Below are positions 9,573 through 17,919 of a DNA stretch of 58,597 nucleotides, in pieces. The position numbers and the translations under genes were made by a program. This DNA comes from an uncultured Bacillales bacterium. GTDB lineage: Bacteria > Bacillota_I > Bacilli_A > RF39 > UBA660. Under the pieces are notes generated by a model. The model had not been told where the DNA came from and did no database searches. It saw only the letters and a list, made by a program, of their open reading frames with translations. The DNA lies in NCBI GenBank assembly GCA_947168965.1, contig CAMVNW010000001.1, forward strand, positions 1-58,597, read 5' to 3'. Numbering within the stretch: position 1 is the stretch's first letter; each line of letters opens with the position of its first letter.

Positions 9573-10751
9573 CTAATATCTAGCCAAATCTGCTTGGTAA
9601 TTTCTCTTTACTTCATTTTCTGTTAATGCTCTATTATATATTAATACATTTTGAAATTCTACGTTGGCGTATCTATCCACACCGGTTGTATTAGGGTTTC
9701 CTCCTATTGCAAATGGGACAACAGCGGGATTTAATACTCCTTCATAAGATGTTTCTGATGCTAGAAGGCTATTTATATATATTTTTAATTTTTGGTTGTC
9801 ATATACGGCAGTTAATGTATAATACTGATTAATATTATTTTGTGTATCACTCGTAATTGATTTTACAACTGTATTATTATTCGAATCTGAAAGATATAAT
9901 CCAACTTTAAAATTATTGTTTGTGTTAAAACTAAATCCTCCACCACCATTTGCTTCCCAACTTCCAAAAAATTCGGTAGAATTAGTTGTATTTAAATCCA
10001 TTAAAGATACTATCTTTATTCTAACTTCCCAAGTTGTTCCATTAGGAAATTCCATATTTGCAGTATTTTCTAGTCTTGCATAATTAGTTAGTCCATCAAA
10101 TGTTAGCGAATTGTTTGACCATACAGGATTATTATATAATGTTGCGTCGTTTCCATTGCCACTTAAATCGACCCAAGATTGTGTTTCATTTGAATGACCG
10201 TTTCCAGTGTTATTTATTCCATCTAAGTATGCGATTAGCCCATCTTGTACATATGCATTTCCTTTATTAAATCTCATGCTAGCGAATGTCTTGTTTTGAT
10301 ATTTAATTATTATTCTATAATCGTTTTCATTGTTTGTTGTTTGAATTTGATTTATATATTTTTTAAAATCTGAATCAAGTGAATTCATATTTTGTCTTAG
10401 TTTCGATAAATTTTCGTGTGTAAATATTATTTTTTCTACTCCTGTTTTTTGAAACAATGAACTACAATAGCTTATTAAATTTGAGTTTTCTATATTGCAT
10501 TCTGTTATATCTATATATCCTTTTGAATCGTTGTTTAATAGTTCTACTAGTTTGTCAAAATTACCGTCATTTATATAATTAACTATGTTGTTTGCTAAGT
10601 ACATTCCTTCAACTGTATCATATTTAAAACTATATTGATAACTTCTATTAATATTCTTAAATTGTGAGTACATAAAAATCAATACTCCTATGATTACTGT
10701 TGACAGTATTAGTACTTCTGTTAATACGAACCCCTTATTATTTTTTATCAT
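9573..10751 (-). CDS. modular type IV pilin-like protein with C-terminal LamG module (paralog of 8394-9563)
   Basis: MIKNNKG/FVLTEVLIL prepilin motif (Glu+5). The C-terminal half aligns by eye with its neighbour (GLIAYLDGINNTGNGHSNETQSW..., IYINSLL, IGGNP, NVLIYNRALTENEV). Confidence 0.75.
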   Translation of the reverse strand: MIKNNKGFVLTEVLILSTVIIGVLIFMYSQFKNINRSYQYSFKYDTVEGMYLANNIVNYINDGNFDKLVELLNNDSKGYIDITECNIENSNLISYCSSLFQKTGVEKIIFTHENLSKLRQNMNSLDSDFKKYINQIQTTNNENDYRIIIKYQNKTFASMRFNKGNAYVQDGLIAYLDGINNTGNGHSNETQSWVDLSGNGNDATLYNNPVWSNNSLTFDGLTNYARLENTANMEFPNGTTWEVRIKIVSLMDLNTTNSTEFFGSWEANGGGGFSFNTNNNFKVGLYLSDSNNNTVVKSITSDTQNNINQYYTLTAVYDNQKLKIYINSLLASETSYEGVLNPAVVPFAIGGNPNTTGVDRYANVEFQNVLIYNRALTENEVKRNYQADLARY

Positions 10752-10861
10752 AAAATTGCTCCTTTATCTTGTATTTAGTATATTTATATTATATAATATT
10801 ATTAGTCTAAATACTAGTCTAAAAGTCGAATATTTAGAAGAATTTTAGAGGGGATGATTAA

Positions 10862-12562
10862 ATGCTTAGGCAAATTGATTTTGAAAAAACGCCTGTTGTT
10901 GAAGCTGTAAATGACATACTAGTTGATTCTAGTAAAAGAGGCGCAAGTGATATCCATTTTGATCCATTAGAGGATCATATGAAGGTTAGAATTAGGGTTG
11001 ATGGACAATTACACGATTATGTAGAAGTTCCAAATACTATTAAAAAGAATTTAATTACACGTATTAAGATTATATCAGGCATGAATATTACCGAGTCTCG
11101 TTTACCACAAGATGGTGCGATTAAGGCAAATATTAAAGACGTTGACCTTGATTTACGTGTTTCTTCTATTCCTACTATCGAAGGTGAGAAGATAGTTATT
11201 CGTATTTTAGATTATAGTATGAGTAATTCAGGACTTGAAGCTTTAGGCTTTAGTGATGTTAATCTTAAAAAAGTTATTCAGATGATTAATGTTCCAAATG
11301 GTATTATTTTAATTACTGGTGCGACTGGTAGTGGTAAGTCTACTACTGTTTACTCTATTTTGCAAAGGCTTAATAGAGAGGAAACTAATATTATTACTGT
11401 TGAAGACCCAATAGAAATGAATATTACTGGAATTAATCAAATTCAAACTAATAGTGAAATTGGTCTTGATTTCGCTACTGCTTTAAGATCTATCTTAAGA
11501 CAGGACCCTAATATTATAATGGTTGGAGAAATTCGTGATACTGAAACTGCTAAAATTGCGGTTCGTGCTTCTATTACTGGACACTTAGTTTTATCTACAG
11601 TACACACCAATGACTCTTTAAATACTATTGAAAGACTTCTTGATATGGATGTTGAAAGATACTTATTATCAAGTGCATTAACTGGAATTATTTCTCAAAA
11701 ATTAGCTCGTAAGTTATGTCCACATTGTCGTACTAAACGCCCTACTACTCAATATGAAAATGATATTTTTAAAAAGGTTTTAGGACATGAGGTTAATGAG
11801 GTCTATTCTTCTAACGGTTGCGAAGAATGTGGCAATGGTTATAGTGGAAGAATTGCAATTCATGAAGTATTGCTGATTAATCAAGAAATTAAAGATGCTA
11901 TTAGTGAAAATATACGAAAAGAAGATTTAAGAGAATTAGTTTATAATTCAGATGTTATTACTCTTTTACAAGATGGATTAGAAAAAGTTGAGGCTGGATA
12001 CACTACTTTCGAAGAGTTATTGAAGATTATTGAATTAGAAGAAGATGAAAAATTAGCTAGTGCTTCAAGTTTAAGAAAAGCTCTTGCATATACAAATATT
12101 ACTCATAATAATGGGGAGTCTACTAATAATGTTGGAAATTCTATAAATTTACCAAATCAGTCAATTAGTAATTCTTCTAATAATGTTAGTTCTAGTATGA
12201 AGCCTGTATATCAAAAATTAGATGATATTGTTCCTAATGTTGAAACTAATCAAAATAATCCTAATGTAGGTACTAACATGAATAATCAAAGTAATGTTAA
12301 TTTAAATAATCAGGCTAATAATCAAAGCATTGGAATAAATGATATGCTTAATAAAAGTATGAACAATAATATTAATACTCCTCAACAAAATGTTAATAAT
12401 GAACCAAATAATTCTGAAAGTAATCCTACAAATAAAAATATGGGTATTAATGATTTATTAAATAATATGAATCGCCCATCTAATGATTCGAATAGTTCTA
12501 GTGAAGGTACTACTTCAAATAATTATGGTATTAACGATTTATTAAATAGAATAAAAAAATAA
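10862..12562 (+). CDS. GspE/PilB/ComGA-family type II/IV secretion ATPase with Asn-rich C-terminal extension
   Basis: Walker A GATGSGKST, Asp box, Walker B IIMVGEIRD, His box TGHLVLSTVHTN, tetracysteine CPHC...CEEC. About 170-aa low-complexity tail. TTGTAT-17-TATAAT promoter upstream. Confidence 0.9.
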   Translation: MLRQIDFEKTPVVEAVNDILVDSSKRGASDIHFDPLEDHMKVRIRVDGQLHDYVEVPNTIKKNLITRIKIISGMNITESRLPQDGAIKANIKDVDLDLRVSSIPTIEGEKIVIRILDYSMSNSGLEALGFSDVNLKKVIQMINVPNGIILITGATGSGKSTTVYSILQRLNREETNIITVEDPIEMNITGINQIQTNSEIGLDFATALRSILRQDPNIIMVGEIRDTETAKIAVRASITGHLVLSTVHTNDSLNTIERLLDMDVERYLLSSALTGIISQKLARKLCPHCRTKRPTTQYENDIFKKVLGHEVNEVYSSNGCEECGNGYSGRIAIHEVLLINQEIKDAISENIRKEDLRELVYNSDVITLLQDGLEKVEAGYTTFEELLKIIELEEDEKLASASSLRKALAYTNITHNNGESTNNVGNSINLPNQSISNSSNNVSSSMKPVYQKLDDIVPNVETNQNNPNVGTNMNNQSNVNLNNQANNQSIGINDMLNKSMNNNINTPQQNVNNEPNNSESNPTNKNMGINDLLNNMNRPSNDSNSSSEGTTSNNYGINDLLNRIKK

Positions 12563-12584
12563 CAGATTATCTGTTATTTTTTTT
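12553..12584. terminator. bidirectional intrinsic terminator shared by the ATPase gene and cysS
   Basis: AAAAAAATAACAG-attat-CTGTTATTTTTTT. A-run and T-run flank a 7-bp core stem. Both stop codons lie in or next to the hairpin. Confidence 0.6.
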
Positions 12585-13971
12585 CGAATACTGTTCCTTC
12601 TCTTGTATCTTTTATTATTATATTCATTTCTAATAATTGATTTCTAATATTGTCTGCTTCTTCATAGTTTCTATTTTTCTTTGCTTCGTTTCTTTTTTCT
12701 ATTAATTCGTTTATTTTACTTAATAGTTCTGAATCTATTTCTTGTTTTTCTTCTTTTAATAAATCTAGTGATAATACTTCATCAAACATTTTAATTAGTT
12801 CTAATTTTGTATTATTGTTTATATTATCTTTTAATACATCATATAGTGTTGTTAATGCCATTGAAGTGTTTAAATCATTTTCTAGAGATTCTTTAAATTT
12901 ATTGTTATATTTTTCTATTTCTTCTTTTTGTATTTCTTCTTTATCAGCAGTTATATTTTTTATTTTATTTTTTAGTTTATTATACTCGTTTTGTGCTCCA
13001 TCTAATATATCATAACTGAACGTTAATACATTATGATAATATGATTTTAAGCATAAATATCTATAAGCAAGTGGACTATATCCTTTTTCTTCTAGCAATG
13101 ATACTGTTAAGAATTCTCCTTTTGATTTTGACATTTTACCGTTTAAGTCATTTAAATGTTCTCCGTGAACCCAGTAATTACACCATTTATGTCCTAGATA
13201 CCCTTCTGATTGAGCTATTTCGTTTGTATGGTGTGGGAATATATTATCTACTCCTCCACAATGTATATCTAGATGTTCTCCTAGATATTTAAGTGCGATT
13301 CCTGAACATTCTATATGCCATCCTGGATAACCTAATCCCCATGGGCTTTCCCATTTTAATTCTTGATCTTCAAATTTCGATTTTGTAAACCAAAGTACAA
13401 AGTCCGCTTGATTTTTTTTGCTTAAATCTTGTTCTACACCTTCTCTTGCTCCTACAACCATTTCATCTTCTTTATGATTTGTTAATACATAGTAATCTTC
13501 TAATTTTGATGTATCATAATATACATTACCACCTGAAATATATGCCAAGCCTTTTTCTAAAAGTTTTTCTATTATTTTTATGTATTCATCTATGTTTTGT
13601 GTTGCAGGTGATACAATATCAGGCCATCTAATATTTAATTTTTCACAATCGTTTTTAAATTCTTGTGTATAATAATCTGCTATTTCAAGTACAGTTTTAT
13701 GTTCTCTTCTTGCTCCTTTTAGCATTTTGTCTTCACCAGAGTCTGAATCACTTGTTAAGTGTCCAACATCTGTTATATTCATACATCTTGTTACTTCATA
13801 GCCTATGTATTTTAATGCTTTTTCTAATATATCTTCAAAAATATAGGTTCTTAGATTTCCAATATGTGCATAGTGATATACTGTTGGCCCACATGTGTAC
13901 ATTTTTATCTTACCTGGTTCATTTGGTATTAGTTCCTCTACTCTTTTATTTAATGTATTATATATTTTCAT
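12574..13971 (-). CDS. cysS: cysteine--tRNA ligase
   Basis: 465 aa. HIGN and KMSKS class I motifs. Zinc-binding Cys/His pattern (TCGPTVY, HIECS). Confidence 0.95.
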   Translation of the reverse strand: MKIYNTLNKRVEELIPNEPGKIKMYTCGPTVYHYAHIGNLRTYIFEDILEKALKYIGYEVTRCMNITDVGHLTSDSDSGEDKMLKGARREHKTVLEIADYYTQEFKNDCEKLNIRWPDIVSPATQNIDEYIKIIEKLLEKGLAYISGGNVYYDTSKLEDYYVLTNHKEDEMVVGAREGVEQDLSKKNQADFVLWFTKSKFEDQELKWESPWGLGYPGWHIECSGIALKYLGEHLDIHCGGVDNIFPHHTNEIAQSEGYLGHKWCNYWVHGEHLNDLNGKMSKSKGEFLTVSLLEEKGYSPLAYRYLCLKSYYHNVLTFSYDILDGAQNEYNKLKNKIKNITADKEEIQKEEIEKYNNKFKESLENDLNTSMALTTLYDVLKDNINNNTKLELIKMFDEVLSLDLLKEEKQEIDSELLSKINELIEKRNEAKKNRNYEEADNIRNQLLEMNIIIKDTREGTVFEKK

Positions 13972-14018
13972 TGAATCACCTTCTCCTTTTCTATATTTAA
14001 TTATATCATTTTATTTAA

Positions 14019-14041
14019 GAAAAAAACACCATATTTGGTGT
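14019..14041 (-). terminator. intrinsic terminator-like hairpin upstream of the cysS promoter
   Basis: Minus strand ACACCA-aata-TGGTGT followed by TTTTTTT. An extended -10 (TGaTATAAT) for cysS lies just downstream of it. Confidence 0.5.
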
Positions 14042-14160
14042 AATTATCATATTGGTATGATAGAAGAGCCTATTTTTAACACTTATATCTAAAAAAATAA
14101 CTAATAAATATCAGTTCTATATATAATAGAATATATTTTATTAAAAGTTTAAAATAAACA

Positions 14161-14189
14161 TTGTATCGTGAACATTTGTTTGGTATAAT
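14161..14189 (+). promoter_or_regulatory. sigma-A-type promoter of a small stand-alone transcription unit
   Basis: TTGTAT - 17 nt - TATAAT. Confidence 0.5.
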
Positions 14190-14254
14190 TGTTTTAGGAA
14201 CATTTAATAAGTTGGGTGCTACCTTCATCATTCTTATGATTGGAGGTGATGCAT

Positions 14255-14338
14255 ATGAGTAAGAAAGATTTTTAAATCTTATTCTTAATTATAATCATCC
14301 TTTTACTTATAGCATTACTTTTTGTAATTCTAAAATAA
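14255..14338 (+). other. candidate small hydrophobic-peptide gene (type I toxin-like) interrupted by an in-frame TAA
   Basis: GGAGG SD 8 nt before the ATG. Reads MSKKDF-TAA-ILFLIIIILLLIALLFVILK-TAA in a single frame. The SD is buried in a 10-bp hairpin (14222-14246). Terminator-like hairpin plus T-run at 14384-14429. Confidence 0.3.
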
Positions 14339-14462
14339 AAGATGCACCTAACTCAGCAATGAATTAGGTGCCAACCATTATAGGGTAACACTCAACACAG
14401 CTAAATATTAAGTGTTCCTTTTTATTTTATGAAGTTTTCTTCATCTGTATTCATAGTATCAT

Positions 14463-14487
14463 AAAAACTTGCATAATGCAAGTTTTT
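14463..14487. terminator. bidirectional intrinsic terminator (ends the tRNA operon on the minus strand)
   Basis: AAAAACTTGCA-taa-TGCAAGTTTTT, an 11-bp stem with flanking A/T runs. Confidence 0.6.
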
Positions 14488-14526
14488 AATTTATCTAATT
14501 GAACATTTGTCCAAATATTTCTTTAA

Positions 14527-14610
14527 TGGTGCAGGTGAAGGGACTTGAACCCCCATGGAATATCCACTAGATCCTAAGTCTAGCGCGTCTGCCAATTTCG
14601 CCACACCTGC
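14527..14610 (-). tRNA. tRNA-Leu (anticodon UAG)
   Basis: GCAGGTG...CACCTGC acceptor stem, CTTAGGA anticodon loop, long variable arm, GGTTCAAGTCC T-arm, encoded CCA. Confidence 0.9.
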
Positions 14611-14617
14611 ATTTAAA

Positions 14618-14694
14618 TGGTGGACCCTATAGGACTCGAACCTATGACCGCACGGTTATGAGCCGCGTGCTCTAACCAACTGAGCTAAGGGTCC
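14618..14694 (-). tRNA. tRNA with CAU anticodon, probably tRNA-Ile2 (lysidine type), otherwise Met
   Basis: GGACCCTTAGCTCAGTTGGTTAGAGC...GGCTCATAACCG...GGTTCGAGTCC...GGGTCCACCA. The body resembles Bacillus tRNA-Ile2(CAU) more than elongator Met. Confidence 0.85.
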
Positions 14695-14725
14695 ATTTTT
14701 TTATTGCAATTACCACTGCTATTTA

Positions 14726-14754
14726 ATAATACCATAACAGCACGTCGATTGCAA
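14726..14754 (-). promoter_or_regulatory. promoter of the tRNA-(CAU)/tRNA-Leu operon
   Basis: Minus strand TTGCAA - 17 nt - TATTAT, about 30 nt upstream of the tRNA 5' end. Confidence 0.5.
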
Positions 14755-14814
14755 TAATTTTTTTGTAATTTTTTTAATTTTTGTTTTGTTTTATATATGT
14801 TATATTATTATTTT

Positions 14815-15852
14815 TTAGAAAAAATTATAGTTTATAAAGCTTATTACTAAGTCTTTTGTTTGATTATCTATGTTTTTTAATTCTTTTATTATTTTTATTA
14901 TATTTTTGATTTTTTTTAGATCTCTTGTGCCTTTAATATTACATGTTTCAAATATGTTAAAGACATTATCAATCATATATTGTCTTTCGTAGTCACTATG
15001 ATTATTAAGCCATTCTATTATACTTTTTTCTAATTCTACACTTTTAATATTTAAACTTGTTTCTTCTAAATGATTGTCATTAATAATCCACGATATAGGA
15101 TAATGCGACAAAATTGTTTTTCTGTTTGATTTAACTACTTTATGTTTTTCTGTTCTTAATAACATTCCAATTACACTGTTATATGGTACGATATGTGTGT
15201 ATTTTTTTCTGATTTTTCTATATTTTTTTGATATATATTCCTTTTTTCTCAATCCTGGTCCGTCATTATTATATATATGTTTTATTTTAAATTTTTTGAA
15301 TATATTTACTTCCATAGATGATGTTAAGGCTAGATTTCCTCCTTTTGAATGTCCACCTATTATTATTCTTGGGCCAAATAGTCTAATTGTTTTATTTACG
15401 TAGTTTAATGCATGTATCTGTGATAGTGTTGGATACATGTATGATAATTGGAAGTCTTCTTTCCAACCGCTCATTAGATTATCAGTTCCCTCAAATGATA
15501 TATAGGATAATCTTTTATTTATTTTAAATGTAACTGCTGAGAACTGTTCTTTATCTGTTCCTATATATATGTAGTTTGATATTTCTACATTTTTATATCT
15601 TTCTGTTCCTATTATCATTTTCAAACAATTATATGCATCTTTTTGAGGTAATCCAAGTTCTTTCATTTCTGAATAACTATATTTTTCTATAAATTGTTTC
15701 CCTACTTTTTCTATAGTATTTATATCTTCTTTTAATATTTCACTGAAATTTAGGTATACAATTATTGAAAAAATTATGTTATCTATTTCATTAAATTCTT
15801 GTTCCTTAAAGGATATGTCACCATATTTTTTTATGTAATCAATTAAAGTCAT
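14815..15852 (-). CDS. Mbeg1-like (DUF2974) alpha/beta-hydrolase-fold protein
   Basis: 345 aa. GGHSKGGNLA nucleophile-elbow motif. AVTFKINKRLSYISFEGTD pattern typical of DUF2974. Confidence 0.7.
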   Translation of the reverse strand: MTLIDYIKKYGDISFKEQEFNEIDNIIFSIIVYLNFSEILKEDINTIEKVGKQFIEKYSYSEMKELGLPQKDAYNCLKMIIGTERYKNVEISNYIYIGTDKEQFSAVTFKINKRLSYISFEGTDNLMSGWKEDFQLSYMYPTLSQIHALNYVNKTIRLFGPRIIIGGHSKGGNLALTSSMEVNIFKKFKIKHIYNNDGPGLRKKEYISKKYRKIRKKYTHIVPYNSVIGMLLRTEKHKVVKSNRKTILSHYPISWIINDNHLEETSLNIKSVELEKSIIEWLNNHSDYERQYMIDNVFNIFETCNIKGTRDLKKIKNIIKIIKELKNIDNQTKDLVISFINYNFF

Positions 15853-15856
15853 TTTA

Positions 15857-16348
15857 TCACCTGTATAAGTATTCTTGATAATTTGCTAGTATATTAATAT
15901 ATGGCATTACAGTTTCTTTTGTTGCGACTATTTTATCTGCTATACAAAGTAATATACTTTCTCTATATTTTGGTATTCTTAAATTTAATGGAAACATATG
16001 ACAATAAATCATATTTTTTTCTATTTCTGACAGTTTAAAATCTCTTTCTGCATTTTTTAATGCTGTTTTTGCATGTGTGAATCCATGTAGTCTATGTGAC
16101 TTATCTGATTCGTGCCAATCGTATAGAAAATAGTCATGAAGTAGTGAACCTTTAACTAATGCTTCTATATCTACTGGTATATTAAGTTTGATTGCTAATT
16201 TTATGCATTTTATTGCCACTGCAATTGAATGCTCATAAACTGTTATATTACCATGTTGTATGAATTGTTTTTCTTTTTTGAAGTTTTCTGATTCTAATAT
16301 TTCTTTTCCATAATATTTTATTATATCCATATAATCTATATTCTTCAT
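15857..16348 (-). CDS. HD-domain phosphohydrolase
   Basis: 163 aa. H...HD (SLLHDYF) and downstream His/Asp ligands. Confidence 0.75.
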   Translation of the reverse strand: MKNIDYMDIIKYYGKEILESENFKKEKQFIQHGNITVYEHSIAVAIKCIKLAIKLNIPVDIEALVKGSLLHDYFLYDWHESDKSHRLHGFTHAKTALKNAERDFKLSEIEKNMIYCHMFPLNLRIPKYRESILLCIADKIVATKETVMPYINILANYQEYLYR

Positions 16349-16404
16349 TTACTCACCTAATCTATATATATATTTTATATATTTTTACATTATAAGTCAA
16401 TAAG

Positions 16405-17064
16405 CTAATTATTTATTAGTTTATAAGAATTATCTATTAATTTTATTATTTCTTCGTCAAATACTGTATCATCTAGGATTATAGAAATCCATTTATTTTT
16501 ATTCATATGATATGCTTCATAAAATCCATTTATTTTTAGTAGTTTTTCTTTATCTTTTTCTTCTATTTTTAAATTAATTATTTCTACAATTTTATTTTCT
16601 TTGTCTATTTTATTTTTATTTATATCCATTATTATCCCAAACCACTTTTTATTATTTTTATTCCTAAATACTGCACTTCCGTCAAGTTTTTTCCATAAAA
16701 ATTCTGGTTCTGCTTTATATTTATTAATTATATATTCTGTAATTCTATTTGATTGTGGAAACATAAAATAATTTTTTTCAAAACATTTGTTTTTTATATC
16801 TATCAATATTTTTTCATATTCTTCTTTTACTTTGCTTGTATATGTTCCTATATTTTCCAACCTTATATTTGTGTATTCTTCTTCTGTATTTAAGTCTATT
16901 ACTTTTCCTTCTAATATTTCTTTTACTGTTATTTCCACTTCAAATTCGTCATTCATAATTGTTGTTTTGTATGTATATTTATCATGTTCTTTTTTAAATC
17001 CATATTTTAATAATTTTTCATAATTTGGTTCTGTTTTTTTCAATATATTTTCTTCTATTGTCAT
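16405..17064 (-). CDS. MmcQ/YjbR family DNA-binding protein
   Basis: C-terminal half (PEFLWKKLDGSAVFRNKNNKKWFGIIM...GFYEAYHMNKNKWISI) matches the YjbR fold signature. Confidence 0.7.
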   Translation of the reverse strand: MTIEENILKKTEPNYEKLLKYGFKKEHDKYTYKTTIMNDEFEVEITVKEILEGKVIDLNTEEEYTNIRLENIGTYTSKVKEEYEKILIDIKNKCFEKNYFMFPQSNRITEYIINKYKAEPEFLWKKLDGSAVFRNKNNKKWFGIIMDINKNKIDKENKIVEIINLKIEEKDKEKLLKINGFYEAYHMNKNKWISIILDDTVFDEEIIKLIDNSYKLINN

Positions 17065-17085
17065 AAAGTCTCCTTTTTATTTATT

Positions 17086-17117
17086 ATATAAAAAACGAAC
17101 TCTAATTAAAGAGTTCG
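17086..17117 (-). terminator. intrinsic terminator after tRNA-Met
   Basis: Minus strand CGAACTC-tttaatta-GAGTTCG followed by TTTTT. Confidence 0.7.
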
Positions 17118-17130
17118 AACTATTCATTAT

Positions 17131-17207
17131 TGGTAGCGACGAGTGGATTCGAACCACCGACCTACTGGGTATGAACCAGGTGCTCTAGCCAGCTGAGCTA
17201 CATCGCC
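17131..17207 (-). tRNA. tRNA-Met (elongator, anticodon CAU)
   Basis: GGCGATGTAGCTCAGCTGGCTAGAGC...GGTTCATACCC...GGTTCGAATCC...CGCTACCA. Confidence 0.9.
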
Positions 17208-17257
17208 ATTTAAACAGGCAAATTAATTGTATCATATTAAGATTATGTTTGCAAGTA

Positions 17258-17884
17258 TTAATTTACCTTTTTTTTAATTTTTTCTTTTTTAGGAATTTTT
17301 ATTGTTGAATATGCTAATAACATTCCATCATCTAATTCATCTTTATTATTCTTTTCTATTTCTTCTATTGATATATCATAATAGTCTGATAATCCTGATA
17401 ATGTTTCGCCTGGCATTACATAATGATATATCCATTTGCTTGATTCATCTAAATCTTCTAATAGAAAATCATATTCTTTATACCAATATATTTTTAATTT
17501 TGTTCCTGTTTTTAGGGTTTCATTTTCTTTTAAATTATTCATTCTAAGAAAGTCTTCTTTATCCATTTCATATAGTTCTGTTATTTTATCTATTGTATTA
17601 GCATTTAGACGTGTTACTATATGCGTACCATTCGTTTTTACATATATTTTTACTATATCTCCTTCTGCTATTGCGTATGAATTTATATAGTCTATATTAT
17701 TTTCTTGTAGTATTTTTTTGTAATCTCTTAAATCTCTTTTTCCTTTATATGTTTGAAATTCATTTTTTTGATTTCCAAATGATTTTGCTGTTAAGGCTAT
17801 TATTCCTGCGCCTGTTGCGAGTGCTAATAAATCTTTATAAAGTTGTTTTTTCTTTATTATTTCTTTTATTTTCCCCTTTTTCAT
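17258..17884 (-). CDS. membrane-anchored LysM domain protein
   Basis: TM helix, then LysM-like repeats (YVMPGETLSGLSDYYDISIEEIEKNN). Start placed at the ATG after GGAGGA. Confidence 0.7.
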   Translation of the reverse strand: MKKGKIKEIIKKKQLYKDLLALATGAGIIALTAKSFGNQKNEFQTYKGKRDLRDYKKILQENNIDYINSYAIAEGDIVKIYVKTNGTHIVTRLNANTIDKITELYEMDKEDFLRMNNLKENETLKTGTKLKIYWYKEYDFLLEDLDESSKWIYHYVMPGETLSGLSDYYDISIEEIEKNNKDELDDGMLLAYSTIKIPKKEKIKKKVN

Positions 17885-17919
17885 AGTTCCTCCAATTTCT
17901 GCATATATTAGCACAATGA

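Noticed and set aside
14161-14440. Possibility that the small plus-strand unit is a known structured RNA (SRP RNA, 6S, tmRNA, RNase P)
   Set aside because: None of the conserved motifs I know for these RNAs are present (for example the SRP domain IV GGAA/AGCA loops or the tmRNA tag ORF and tRNA-like ends). The SD-ATG-hydrophobic frame explains the sequence better.
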